Part shown: positions 52,046 to 62,119 of the stretch, one piece after another | Position numbering within the stretch: position 1 is the first letter of the stretch | Layout of the letters: every line of letters starts with the position of its first letter | From: Candidatus Poribacteria bacterium | GTDB taxonomy: Bacteria > Poribacteria > WGA-4E > JAJDTR01 | Direction: 5' to 3' | Assembly: GCA_965197465.1 (NCBI GenBank) | Contig: OZ240209.1 | Span: 3,738,423-3,802,422, forward strand | Length of the DNA: 64,000 nucleotides | Made by a program: the position numbers and the translations under genes | Notes under the pieces: generated by a model | Seen by the model: the letters and a program-made list of their open reading frames with translations, nothing else | Told to the model about the DNA's origin: nothing | Database searches by the model: none

Positions 52046-52312
52046 GGTACCAACCGAAATTGTGTAATGGTACACCCTAAGAAAAATTTGCTCAGTGTTT
52101 TTGGGGGTTCCGTCCACTTGCTGGTGTCGTGATAGTTAAGAAACTCATCGCTGATAGTGGAAACTATACTTTGTTTTCTTTACTGAGTTTCTTAACCGCA
52201 GGAACCCAGTAAACACGTGGGTTGGAAGGACAATTCAAATCGTAAAGAAAATGAGGGTTTTCTTTACTCTCATCGCTTAGGGTGTACCATTACAGTAATT
52301 CGGTTGGTACCC
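52046..52312. mobile_element. MITE, ~267 bp, with ~36-bp terminal inverted repeats GGGTACCAACCGAAATTGTGTAATGGTACACCCTAAG
   Basis: Left TIR 52046-52082. Right TIR reverse complement at 52276-52312. Internal GTTTCTTAAC/GTTAAGAAAC hairpin. Interrupts the PhyH gene. Confidence 0.65.
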
Positions 52313-52536
52313 TGAATAGGGCAAGTTTTTCACAGACTCGTGCTCGTTGCGCTATCGTCTGCAACCGCGCAGCGGGAATGACAACCCCATTTTTATGTTA
52401 GCCCAAGTTGCCACCTAAAATTGATTGAACTTTTTTAACGCGGACATCCATGGAGACTGGTAAGAATCTACGGAACCTGTATCATCTGCGTGATCTGTGT
52501 CCTACCTTTAAGTTGTGAGTTAATACGGAGGAATAC

Positions 52537-53517
52537 ATGGAAATTCCCAGAGAGAAGCTACTTGAAATCTACGAGCGGATGGCAACCATCCGCCAATTTG
52601 AAGAACGGGTGCGTGAAGAATTCGCCGCGAACCGTATCCCAGGCTTCGTCCATCTTTATGCGGGCGAGGAGGCAGTAGCGGTTGGCGTCTGCGCCCATTT
52701 GACTGACGAGGACATGATTACAAGCACCCACCGTGGTCACGGTCACTGTATTGCGAAGGGGGTTGATGTCAAGGCGATGATGGCCGAGTTGTACGGACGC
52801 GCAACTGGGGCCTGCAAAGGGAAGGGCGGCTCAATGCACATTGCTGACCTGGACCGGGGCATGCTCGGCGCTAACGGTATTGTCGGCGGGGGCATTCCGC
52901 TCGCGGCCGGCGCGGCCCTTAGTGCCCAGGTCCGTGGCACCCAAAACGTCGCTGTCAGCTTTTTCGGTGATGGCGGTTGCAACGAGGGTAGCTTCCACGA
53001 AGGTCTAAATCTAGCCGGTGTTTGGAATCTCCCTGCTATCTTCGTTGCGGAGAACAATGGATGGGCGCAGACGACCGGTAGCGACTACTCTGTGGCTGGT
53101 GCTGACATCGCTGGACGTGCGAGGGCCTACGGCATACGCGGCACTGTTGTTGATGGCCTAGACCTCTTCGACGTTTATGAAAAAGCTGGCGAGGCCATTG
53201 CTGCAGCACGTGCTGGAGAAGGCCCCGCGCTTTTGGAGTGCAAAACCTACCGCTTCTACGGCCACCACGAGGGCGATAAGCAGAGGTACAGAACGCAGGA
53301 GGAAGTCGAGGAATATCGCAAAAATCATTGTGTCATCAAAAATTTCCGCGCGCGTACGACCCAAGAACAGGTGTTGGCCGACGACGAACTGGATGCTATC
53401 GACAATAAAGTAGCAAGTGACATAGAAGCAGCTGTTGCGTACGCGGCCGATAGCCCATGGCCCGAACCTAGTGATGTGACGGACGATGTCTACGTGAACT
53501 ACAAGGAGGTTGTATAA
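52537..53517 (+). CDS. 2-oxoacid (pyruvate/acetoin) dehydrogenase E1 alpha subunit (TPP-binding)
   Basis: PGFVHLYAGEEAVAVG...GKGGSMH...GDGG.NEG. Intact 326 aa. Confidence 0.9.
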   Translation: MEIPREKLLEIYERMATIRQFEERVREEFAANRIPGFVHLYAGEEAVAVGVCAHLTDEDMITSTHRGHGHCIAKGVDVKAMMAELYGRATGACKGKGGSMHIADLDRGMLGANGIVGGGIPLAAGAALSAQVRGTQNVAVSFFGDGGCNEGSFHEGLNLAGVWNLPAIFVAENNGWAQTTGSDYSVAGADIAGRARAYGIRGTVVDGLDLFDVYEKAGEAIAAARAGEGPALLECKTYRFYGHHEGDKQRYRTQEEVEEYRKNHCVIKNFRARTTQEQVLADDELDAIDNKVASDIEAAVAYAADSPWPEPSDVTDDVYVNYKEVV

Positions 53518-54479
53518 TGAGCGAAGAACGAGAGCTTACCATGGGGGCAGCTGCTCGTGAGGCCCTGCATGATGAGATGGAGCGGGATTCCACGGTAGTC
53601 GTTATGGGCTTCGTCCATCTTTATGCGGGCCTGGTGGGCAAGTATGGGCGGAACCGTGTGCGCGATACGCCGATCAGTGAAGCAGGCTTCATCGGTGCGG
53701 CCATTGGCGCAGCAGCAACGGGACTCAGGCCTGTAGCCGCGCTTATGTGTGTCGATTTCTTTGGTATACCAATGGATCAGATTTTCAATCAGGGGGCCAA
53801 AATCCGTTACATGTTTGGTGGTAAGGCTAAAGTTCCTGTGGTTATCCGTGCAGCAATCGGGGGTGGGATTAATGCAGCCGCACAACACTCTCAGTGCCTC
53901 TACTCTATCTTCGCCCATATCCCAGGCCTGAAGGTCGTAGTCCCCTCCACGCCGTACGATGCCAAGGGTCTGTTGACTGCGGCCATACGCGATGACGATC
54001 TCGTGTTTTTCCTCGAACACAAGAGGCTGATGGGTTCGAAGGGGCACGTCCCTGAGGAATCCTATGTCGTCCCCTTCGGCGAAGCGTCCGTCCGGCGGGA
54101 GGGCAGCGATGTCACGGTTGTCGCCATCGCGAAGATGATCGATGTAGCGTTAGATGCAGCGGACGAGCTTGAAGCAGAAGGAGTAAGCGTCGAATTGATA
54201 GATCCACGCTCGTTAAGCCCGTTGGATGGGCGGACGATTCTAGATTCGGTCGAGAAAACCGGTCGCCTTGTGGTCGTGGACGAGGATACACCGAGATGTA
54301 ACCTCGCGACCGACATCACGGCGCTGGCAGCGGACGAGGCGTTCTATAGCCTTGAGGCACCGATTAAGCGCATCTGCCCGCCACACACGCCTGTGCCCTT
54401 CAGTCCTGTACTGGAGGCTGCCTATATCCCGTCGCAAGATCGGGTCGTGACGGCGATCCGGGAGGTGGTGGCTGCATGA
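53517..54479 (+). CDS. 2-oxoacid dehydrogenase E1 beta subunit (N-terminal motif atypical)
   Basis: ...RVRDTPISEAG...PSTPYDAKGLL...IDPRSLSPLD. ATGA start/stop overlap with E1 alpha. The GEDVGxYGG motif is replaced by FVHLYAGLVG. Confidence 0.8.
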   Translation: MSEERELTMGAAAREALHDEMERDSTVVVMGFVHLYAGLVGKYGRNRVRDTPISEAGFIGAAIGAAATGLRPVAALMCVDFFGIPMDQIFNQGAKIRYMFGGKAKVPVVIRAAIGGGINAAAQHSQCLYSIFAHIPGLKVVVPSTPYDAKGLLTAAIRDDDLVFFLEHKRLMGSKGHVPEESYVVPFGEASVRREGSDVTVVAIAKMIDVALDAADELEAEGVSVELIDPRSLSPLDGRTILDSVEKTGRLVVVDEDTPRCNLATDITALAADEAFYSLEAPIKRICPPHTPVPFSPVLEAAYIPSQDRVVTAIREVVAA

Positions 54480-54577
54480 AGGCTGTCGTATTTCCCAAGT
54501 CGGGCCAGACCGCTAAAGGGCAGGGCTATTCGACACCTTCGGGGTCCCAGAGCACGGCATGTCATCAAAGTCGTTAG
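54476..54577 (+). pseudogene. zinc-ADH-like N-terminal stub (MKAVVFPKSGQ..., 33 codons), ATGA-overlapped with E1 beta
   Basis: Typical MDR N-terminus, then a stop. Likely remnant of a butanediol/acetoin-operon dehydrogenase. Confidence 0.35.
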
Positions 54578-54952
54578 GTAAACGTGGGAGAACCTTACAA
54601 TTCTCCGAATTTTGAGTATTGGCTAACAAGTGTAAAAGCGAGGAAGCCAAGATGATTGTCAGGTAGTCGGATGGGTCATAGTACCGGAGAAGCGAAGTAA
54701 TGCTCGCAGAGGGAAGGACCCTGGGCAGAATGCCCCTTTTCATCGACACGTTATGAGGTCATCAGAACCTCAATAAATAACGGCAACAAACGTGAGAAGG
54801 ATAGCCTTTCGAGGCGAACCATTCTGTCTTGAGCCCATTGCCTGAATCGGGCACGATGGGTTCTAACTGGGGAGAAGCTCAGGTGACTGGGCTTCTCTAC
54901 CACCCGCACTTTCCCCCGTTTTGGGACAGACTCCCATCAGTGAGCTTTGCAT

Positions 54953-55387
54953 CTAGACTGCTAGGTTTTGGGATATAGTTTGCCGCCAAGGTGGCGCACG
55001 AAACCTGAGCAGTTGTTCCATGGTCCACAGATAGTCGGTGATGCCAGCGGCCATTGCTGGGGTGCGCTGTTGCTGGTCATAAATACCTCGCCACAAGGCA
55101 AATATTGTATCAGTGCCTCCCATCTCCTGTCCGTGCCGGAAGGCTTGTTGCACAACGCGCAGCATATCGGCAATATCATCACGATAATGACTCTCCGGAT
55201 CCTTGGTGAACCACTTAGGGGCTAAGCCATCAGATGAAAATCCATAAACAGGTTGACCATCGATCTCCACGGTCAAACGGACAAATAGACAGGGCAGCGC
55301 GGTCATCACGGCAATTCCGTAGCGAAACGGCATCCGCGTTTTCATATTAAGAATGTACAGATCAAGAACCAGAAGTGAAATAGTCAT
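54953..55387 (-). CDS. hypothetical protein
   Basis: 144-aa ORF, 4-bp overlap with the MetE-like gene. No recognisable motifs. Confidence 0.4.
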   Translation of the reverse strand: MTISLLVLDLYILNMKTRMPFRYGIAVMTALPCLFVRLTVEIDGQPVYGFSSDGLAPKWFTKDPESHYRDDIADMLRVVQQAFRHGQEMGGTDTIFALWRGIYDQQQRTPAMAAGITDYLWTMEQLLRFRAPPWRQTISQNLAV

Positions 55388-56391
55388 ATGCGCCCCAAAA
55401 ATTGATCTCGGCCTCGAACTAAGCTCTCCATTTTTTTGTCGGCAACGCTACGCGGTAACATCCAGAAGCCGCAGTCTGGGTGAACCCAACGCACCCGCTC
55501 TGCACCAAGCACCTTGACGGCCTTTTCAATGCTCTTAGCCACTTCGTCAACGGTCTCGACTTCATTATCCTTGATGTCTATAACGCCGACTCCCAGGGCA
55601 ATGTCCTGGCGTAAGTCGCAGAAAAGCTCCAACTCGTCGAAGCCTCGACGGGCAAACTCAAGAATCAGGTGATCGACGTCGAGATTATTGAGAAATGGCA
55701 GCAGATTACGCCAGAAGCCTTGCTGAATGGTTTGTCCACCGTAGTTGCCAAAGCATAAATGCAATCCCTTTTGGCCCTGGACGGCATCGAGGACATGATT
55801 GATAGGCTTATAGGCCCAGCTTGCATCTTTGGGATGCCCAGTTAAATTGGCTTCGTCAATCTGTATCACCGTAGCGTCAATTTCGGCTACTTGCCGGCGC
55901 AGCACCTCAGCAATCTCGTTTGTTAGGGTTGGCAGGTCGTGGTAATGCTGGTCGAGCAGAGTCTTGGCCAGCATATACGGTGAGGTCAGCGTAAACTTGA
56001 GGGGATGGCCGGTTAACGGTTTAACGAGTTGCCACGCGGCCGGCAAATTGAGCAACCCTTCCCCAATCCTGTCTCGTACCACGCCGGCCGGTTGTGCTCG
56101 AAAAGCCATGCCGGACTGAGTTCGAAACGTACTCAATTCCTCTCGGCTCAAATGTGTGCTGATGCCGGCCATAGGACCGATGAAATAGTCAATCATACCA
56201 TTGGTTTCGGGGTGCATAATATTAAAGCGCGATAGTTCGCCATCGGCCAGTAGATCAAGACCGGCTAATTCCTGCGTCTTGAGCACCACCAGAATAGCGT
56301 CATGAAGATTAGGCGTTGACGGCATGGCCGCCAGCCATGCCGGTATAGGATAGCTGCCAACCACGGTGGTCTTTATAATGGGTTCAGTCAC
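55384..56391 (-). CDS. cobalamin-independent methionine synthase (MetE C-terminal domain)-like protein
   Basis: [13 protein letters not shown]... UroD/MetE-like fold, 335 aa. Confidence 0.65.
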   Translation of the reverse strand: MTEPIIKTTVVGSYPIPAWLAAMPSTPNLHDAILVVLKTQELAGLDLLADGELSRFNIMHPETNGMIDYFIGPMAGISTHLSREELSTFRTQSGMAFRAQPAGVVRDRIGEGLLNLPAAWQLVKPLTGHPLKFTLTSPYMLAKTLLDQHYHDLPTLTNEIAEVLRRQVAEIDATVIQIDEANLTGHPKDASWAYKPINHVLDAVQGQKGLHLCFGNYGGQTIQQGFWRNLLPFLNNLDVDHLILEFARRGFDELELFCDLRQDIALGVGVIDIKDNEVETVDEVAKSIEKAVKVLGAERVRWVHPDCGFWMLPRSVADKKMESLVRGRDQFLGRI

Positions 56392-56850
56392 GGCTCTAAT
56401 TCCTCCACGATAGTCTCTATATCAACAGAAACGACTTAATGGTTAGCCGATTTGTCCAATTTCGTCAAGAACTTTAAGATAGTTTCCAGACCAGAGCCGA
56501 TGTGCTGATGAATCTGATAGACGCGATTTGCTCAAACACACACGCTAAATCTATCGCCGAACTGTCGCTGAACCCCATCTTCGGCTATCAGTACCCAAGC
56601 ATCTATGACGCCATTGACCAGTTGCGACAATTTGTGGCAATCCGTGTAATCCACAGGTTGTAAAATCCGTTTTAGTCCGGTCGAATCCGTTTTAAAAATG
56701 TCCATCAACAACCCACCACTTATAGTTCGAACTTGACCTAAAAATATAAAAAATGACACCCGACTTCTAAAAAACAGAGCTGCAGGCAAACTCCTCCTCT
56801 ACCTCTCCAGCAGAGCAGGGTTCGACACATTTTACAAGGTCAAGTTGTTC

Positions 56851-58092
56851 CTACTCCATAGATTTGTCCAAAGTCCAATATGAATAAGATACTGCGAAAA
56901 ATAGCCGTTGAGAATAGTTTTCACGGAGTGGTTTGTTTTTATGCCAAAGATTTTTCCACAAGCCATTATTTTCAACCAGTTGTTTGAATTGCGCTATTAT
57001 TTTGAGAACTATTTCGTAAACTGTGTCAAGATTTAGAATTCTGGGTTTATCAAGTTTTAGAGGGTAGCGATCGCTAAATACCTTCGCAATTTCTGCCCAT
57101 TTGATTAAGCCATGTGGATCTAAACTTAAGTCATAATGGCGACTGGGTACATCATGAATAATGTCTAATAAAGTTTGAAAAGCCTCACTACTTGACAAAA
57201 CTTGTGCTCTGAGTTCATTTTTATCGCGTTTAACTTTCGCTGCCCAAATTTGAGCGATATGTCGATTAACTTTGTCTCGAAGATATTGATTGCGTGATGC
57301 AGCATCACGCGGACGTTTATGGATAACTTCCCGTGGGACGTAGGCAATCGTGCACGCATGGCCCGCCGCCCGCCAAATCAGATCCGCCCAACGCTCGATT
57401 GTTATGATCTCCTGCGTAGCAATGTGATAGGTCTGGTTCGCCGTCTCAGGCGTATCAAGGGCGCGGATGAACGCCATCGCCGCATCAGCGGAATAGAGGG
57501 TGCGAAACAGTCCGCGGTGCTCCAGCGGAATGACAACGCCGCGACCATCCATCGCTCGCTGCACCCACCACCACATCCGCCCGGTCGGGTCGTCCCAGCC
57601 CATGACCGCGGGAATGCGGATGATTGTGTACGGAATGTCGCTATTCTCCTGAAGCCACTTTTCGCAGTGTCTTTTACCGACGCCGTATGGGTCTTCGCCT
57701 TCGGGGTAGGTATAGTCAATCGACGCCCAATCCACGACCGACTCCTGAAAGGTGCAATGCTTGGCAAAGTCCACCGCACCTTCCAGATACACCGATCCGG
57801 TGCTGACCATCAGATAACGACCGACATTCCCGCTGAAGGCTTCCACGGCTGATTCGACGTCTTCTTTCCGGTAAGCCTGGGTATCAATGACGGCGTCAAA
57901 CGACTTTTCCTTCAGCCTTGCTGTGAAGTCCGACCGATCATTGCGGTCTCCCTGGATATGTTCGACCCCATCCCACCATTCTGGGCGGGCGCCTCCCCTG
58001 GAAAATACCGTGACCTTATCCCCGCGTTCAAGCAGTCTCTGCACGACAATCCGGCCCATGTATCGTGTGCCGCCGATGATCAGAATGTCCAT
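56851..58092 (-). CDS. NAD-dependent epimerase/dehydratase (SDR) with an AT-rich ~150-aa C-terminal extension of foreign composition
   Basis: MDILIIGGTRYMGRIVVQRLL... GC drops sharply 3' of ~57330. The extension contains a GCGATCGC (HIP1-type) site at 57067-57074. Confidence 0.6.
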   Translation of the reverse strand: MDILIIGGTRYMGRIVVQRLLERGDKVTVFSRGGARPEWWDGVEHIQGDRNDRSDFTARLKEKSFDAVIDTQAYRKEDVESAVEAFSGNVGRYLMVSTGSVYLEGAVDFAKHCTFQESVVDWASIDYTYPEGEDPYGVGKRHCEKWLQENSDIPYTIIRIPAVMGWDDPTGRMWWWVQRAMDGRGVVIPLEHRGLFRTLYSADAAMAFIRALDTPETANQTYHIATQEIITIERWADLIWRAAGHACTIAYVPREVIHKRPRDAASRNQYLRDKVNRHIAQIWAAKVKRDKNELRAQVLSSSEAFQTLLDIIHDVPSRHYDLSLDPHGLIKWAEIAKVFSDRYPLKLDKPRILNLDTVYEIVLKIIAQFKQLVENNGLWKNLWHKNKPLRENYSQRLFFAVSYSYWTLDKSME

Positions 58093-58131
58093 AGCAACTC
58101 CTTTTCCCCAACGAGCCGATGATGCCTGGCG

Positions 58132-58824
58132 TCAAATCTCGGGCTCCGCCTCCGACTTATCCTGCGGGTGATAGTTGATAACGCGCCGTCCGTGTTCTAA
58201 ATCGTAAAGCGGCCAGGTACTGTCTGAAACCCCAAACACAACCTCGAACTTCACGCCGGGATGCGTGAGAGCATGCTCGAACACACGAGCCGCGTCACCG
58301 TGACTGAGTTGATGCGGGTGTGTGGGAAGGTCACGGTCGTGCTTGAAATTGCCAATCCGAACCGCCACAAATTCCATGTCGAATCGCGCGGAATACATAT
58401 ACCCCAGACTTTCCCCAAACACCTTGCTGATCGAATAGTAGCTCTCCGGTCGCGGCGTCATATCAACCGTCCGCATGACGTCTTTGGGATAGGGCGCAAG
58501 CAGCCCAGCCCGACTGGCGAAAGCGATTCGTCGCACGCCGTTTTGCCGCGCCGCTTCAAAGACATTGTATGTGCCGATGAAATTGTTCGGGAGTATCTCC
58601 TCCCAGGGCGCCCCGCTCGACGGATTGCCCGCGAGGTGAATCACTGCCTCCATGTCCTGCGTGGCTATAAGGACGCCATCGAAGTCAGTGATATCCCCAA
58701 CGACTGCGTCTTCGAGTTCGGGCGTCGGGACGCGGTCAAAACCCCGCAGAGAATACCTGTCTTTCAAACCTTTTACAACGGCCGAGCCCACCCGACCGGC
58801 CGCGCCGGTGACGAGAATTTTCAT
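58132..58824 (-). CDS. NAD(P)-dependent epimerase/dehydratase family oxidoreductase
   Basis: MKILVTGAAGRVGSAVV... Confidence 0.8.
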   Translation of the reverse strand: MKILVTGAAGRVGSAVVKGLKDRYSLRGFDRVPTPELEDAVVGDITDFDGVLIATQDMEAVIHLAGNPSSGAPWEEILPNNFIGTYNVFEAARQNGVRRIAFASRAGLLAPYPKDVMRTVDMTPRPESYYSISKVFGESLGYMYSARFDMEFVAVRIGNFKHDRDLPTHPHQLSHGDAARVFEHALTHPGVKFEVVFGVSDSTWPLYDLEHGRRVINYHPQDKSEAEPEI

Positions 58825-58838
58825 TCGCTGCTCCTTTT

Positions 58839-59732
58839 CTAGCGCAAAATTTCTCTGAGTCTTGGCAAGAAGATTTCCGTATCCCGATCATGAATCTCGC
58901 CCTGCCAGGCGTTGTTCGTTTCTACGCTGGAACGGTCGTACGATTCCTGGATAAGCTCTGGCAGATCCAGTTGGTGGAACCGCGTGACAAAATATCCGTC
59001 GTCCTGGAGTCGAATCTCCCGAAATCCCATCGGGAAACCGATTAGGCATGCCGTGTCAACGACCAGGAAATCACGGTACATCCGGATACGGTTCGTGTGC
59101 TTATGCCCCGTGAACAATGCGACAATGGCGGGACTCTCCTTCACGGTTTCCAGCAGACGGTCTGCGCCGCTGAGGACGCCGCTCTGGTCTTCGTAGCCTC
59201 GCAGCACCCATGTATGGAGTACCAGCAATATCGCGCATCGATCGGCATAGGCTTGTTCCGCTGCTTCACGGAGTCCGTTATCAAGCGCGTCGGTCCAAAC
59301 GCCGTTGCCTTCCTCGATAGGGTCGCACTGATGGTAGATGTTTGCGAGCGCGAGTCGAAGACGAGGCCCCGCATCAACGACATCGATTGTTTCCGGGATG
59401 GGGAATCTTGCCGCGAACGGTTCAAAAGATCCGCTTTGTGCATCAGAGTCGTGATTGCCCGGAACGTAATATGTTGGCGCCTCGAACCCGGAAAATACCT
59501 CTGCGACCTCCTCAATCGATTGCAGATAGGTCGTCCACGGCAGCTCAAAGGAGCTGCCGCCGCAGAGAAAGTCCCCGCCGTGAACGATGAAGTCGGGTTT
59601 GAGTGGATTGACCGCCGGCACGATTGCATCCAGAACCGTTCTACTTTGCGTCAGCATCTTCGGCGCCCCGTAGTCTTTCGGCGCACCGGGGTAGTGATGA
59701 CTGTCTGTCAAAAAAACAAAACGAACGGACAT
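58839..59732 (-). CDS. metallophosphoesterase (calcineurin-like)
   Basis: FVFLTDSHH...HGGDF...GNHD... Confidence 0.85.
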   Translation of the reverse strand: MSVRFVFLTDSHHYPGAPKDYGAPKMLTQSRTVLDAIVPAVNPLKPDFIVHGGDFLCGGSSFELPWTTYLQSIEEVAEVFSGFEAPTYYVPGNHDSDAQSGSFEPFAARFPIPETIDVVDAGPRLRLALANIYHQCDPIEEGNGVWTDALDNGLREAAEQAYADRCAILLVLHTWVLRGYEDQSGVLSGADRLLETVKESPAIVALFTGHKHTNRIRMYRDFLVVDTACLIGFPMGFREIRLQDDGYFVTRFHQLDLPELIQESYDRSSVETNNAWQGEIHDRDTEIFLPRLREILR

Positions 59733-60039
59733 AGCTGCTCCAAATAAAGACGCCCTTTGAAAAGCGGATCGGTTCTCTTTTCAAAGGGCGTTGGTGTTAG
59801 ATATGTGGCCCGCGTTCGCGGATAATTCTGAGCGCCAGATCCGGATCGATCTGGAAAATCATCTCAGGCTCGATCTTACAGTGGCCCGGCAGATCAAATC
59901 CGGCGACGGCGCTACGTGCATGCCAAAAGGAACATACTTGTAGAAGAGCGTGCGACGCTCGCCGCTCCCCGCCCACGGAATTGTACCATGTTTGAGCTTC
60001 TCAGTGAACAAAATGTCAACAGAAATCATCCAGATGATC

Positions 60040-62079
60040 CTAACCCTCATTCAACTTCCAGCCCGGCAACGAAATATCAAACTTGCGCTCTGGCGCATAA
60101 ATCCGTTCGCCGGGAGGATAGGGACGATCCTGCGTTACGATATAAACGGCCCCCTCGTGAACATAGACAATTTCATCTCGAACGTCGCCCACCACATCCT
60201 CGGTCAACCCATATGCCCACTCGAATGGCAGCCCTTCACATACCGGGCGCACCACCTTTCTGCCCTTCGCGTCATAGAAACCGAACGCCTCCCTGGAAGA
60301 ATAGAGGAACAGCAGCTCTTCGCCGTCGCCAGTCCAGTTCACTGGCGGGCCCCCCTGGCTGATTGTGTCGGGCTCGAACCGCGTCAGCGGATCTCCCTGG
60401 CCGCTCACCAGATTCAAGATCCCGTAGTTTTCCCAGCGATTCCCCATCCACATTTCCAAACCCGGCAGATCCGGCCGGAAATTCCCCGCATAGATCCCCT
60501 GCACATGACCAAACCGGTGATGCCTCAACAGCGCCCCGGTGCGCGCATCCACTAAGAAAAATCCCGGATCGCTGCCGGCAATCCCAATCTCGGGACCATT
60601 GCTTTCATCGCCGTCCAATTCCCCAAACGCGGCGTGATCGACATGCCCGGCCCCCCCTGAATCTTCGATGTATTCCGCGCCTTCCATCAGCCACAGGAGG
60701 TTCCCGTCCCCATCGTAAAGCTGATACCCCGGCAGGATCTCATCGCGGCCATCCCCGTCCACGTCATAGAACCACATGTACATCCCATACCACGACTCGT
60801 GCGCATCCTGACGCCACCGCAGATTCAAGGCCTCATCGTAGGCCCAGATGGAGTACCCGGTTCCCTCGCCGTCGCCATCCCTCAGGATCAGATCCTGCGC
60901 CTTCTCTGTCTTGCGAATTCGGCACGGCCACAAGGCCCCTAGCTTGTGCAAACACGGCCTCACGCTCTTTCCCCGATACCCGCGATACGGCCCTGTCTTT
61001 GGCAGTTCTGTCTCGGCCGTTACCTCCCCTGTCCGTCCGCTGACCATCCGCAGCAGATCCCCTTCGACCCCAATGAAGTCCTCCACACCGTCCCCATCCA
61101 GATCGTGTACTACCTTGTGTTTTTTATCTAAACCCGCCGCCGCGGCATACACCTGATCCCACTGCTTTTCTCCCTCCACATCCAGGCACACCACCCGAAG
61201 GCCCGATTCCGTCTCCTGCTGCAGCACGATCTCCTTCTTCCCGGCCCCACGGAAATCTCCCAACCGCACCTCGCAGGGCCAGTATTCGCTTACGTCGATC
61301 CGCTTCCACAGCACCGGCTTCGGGTATTTTTCCGCTGCCTCCGCTACCTCCCGGTCATAGGCACTCTGACGGCTTGCGTATGCCGCCCGGGCGGGCTCCG
61401 ACGCGGTAACCCGTACCCCATACATCCGGCTGCGCGTGTTGGTCCGGATGCCAACCTTGCCCGTCTGAAACTTCTCGTCATAGGCGACAAATATTTGCTT
61501 TCCATCCACGTAGCACGCCAACCGCTCTCCTTCGCACACCGCCCTCAGGTGGTAATACCGACTTCGGTCCACCCCATTCCGGTAATCGGCGAGCATGGTC
61601 CATGCCTCATCCTCACGGCGATACAGCACAAAGCGCTCATATCCCTCTATGGCGAAGATATAATACCGCCGCAGATCCTGATATCGCACCATCAGGCCTG
61701 AGAGGCCCACAATGGCGTGTGGTTCGTCATTGTTCGGCTGGGTAAACGCGTTCAGTTGCCGAACAAAGGCCTCCACTGTGTAATCCGCCCACAGCGGCTC
61801 CCCTGTTGTAAGGCAGCGGCCGGTTTTGTTGTGATGTTCCAGCACCGGCACCTCCCCATCCCGAACCACCCGATAGGAACTTGGCCGTTTCCCCTGCTTG
61901 GGGCCCCATTCTAGGGCATTGTTCCAGCCCTTGAAAACCTTCTCCTCCACGCGTTTATCCGGCTCGCGATAGTCCAGAATTTTGCCCGCCGCGCATTCTG
62001 ACAGATCGATCTCTGCCAGCACCACATTTGACTTGCTGTCTTGGGCCACTTCGCCCCCTTTCTGAATGGGGTAGTGCAC
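60040..62079 (-). CDS. DUF1080 (3-keto-disaccharide hydrolase-like) domain + Ca-binding FG-GAP-like beta-propeller repeat protein (putative glycan-active enzyme)
   Basis: TGKVGIRTNTRSRMYGVRV (DUF1080-like). Repeated DxDGDG motifs (DLDGDGVEDF, YDVDGDGRDEI, GELDGDESNG). Confidence 0.5.
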   Translation of the reverse strand: MHYPIQKGGEVAQDSKSNVVLAEIDLSECAAGKILDYREPDKRVEEKVFKGWNNALEWGPKQGKRPSSYRVVRDGEVPVLEHHNKTGRCLTTGEPLWADYTVEAFVRQLNAFTQPNNDEPHAIVGLSGLMVRYQDLRRYYIFAIEGYERFVLYRREDEAWTMLADYRNGVDRSRYYHLRAVCEGERLACYVDGKQIFVAYDEKFQTGKVGIRTNTRSRMYGVRVTASEPARAAYASRQSAYDREVAEAAEKYPKPVLWKRIDVSEYWPCEVRLGDFRGAGKKEIVLQQETESGLRVVCLDVEGEKQWDQVYAAAAGLDKKHKVVHDLDGDGVEDFIGVEGDLLRMVSGRTGEVTAETELPKTGPYRGYRGKSVRPCLHKLGALWPCRIRKTEKAQDLILRDGDGEGTGYSIWAYDEALNLRWRQDAHESWYGMYMWFYDVDGDGRDEILPGYQLYDGDGNLLWLMEGAEYIEDSGGAGHVDHAAFGELDGDESNGPEIGIAGSDPGFFLVDARTGALLRHHRFGHVQGIYAGNFRPDLPGLEMWMGNRWENYGILNLVSGQGDPLTRFEPDTISQGGPPVNWTGDGEELLFLYSSREAFGFYDAKGRKVVRPVCEGLPFEWAYGLTEDVVGDVRDEIVYVHEGAVYIVTQDRPYPPGERIYAPERKFDISLPGWKLNEG

Positions 62080-62119
62080 TACATGTAATGCTATGAAATG
62101 TAGTGCACTACCGGATTCT

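Noticed and set aside
60363-61043. 226-aa arginine/proline-rich ORF on + strand inside 60040..62079
   Set aside because: It is an antisense shadow of the DUF1080/FG-GAP gene. It has no start context or motifs.
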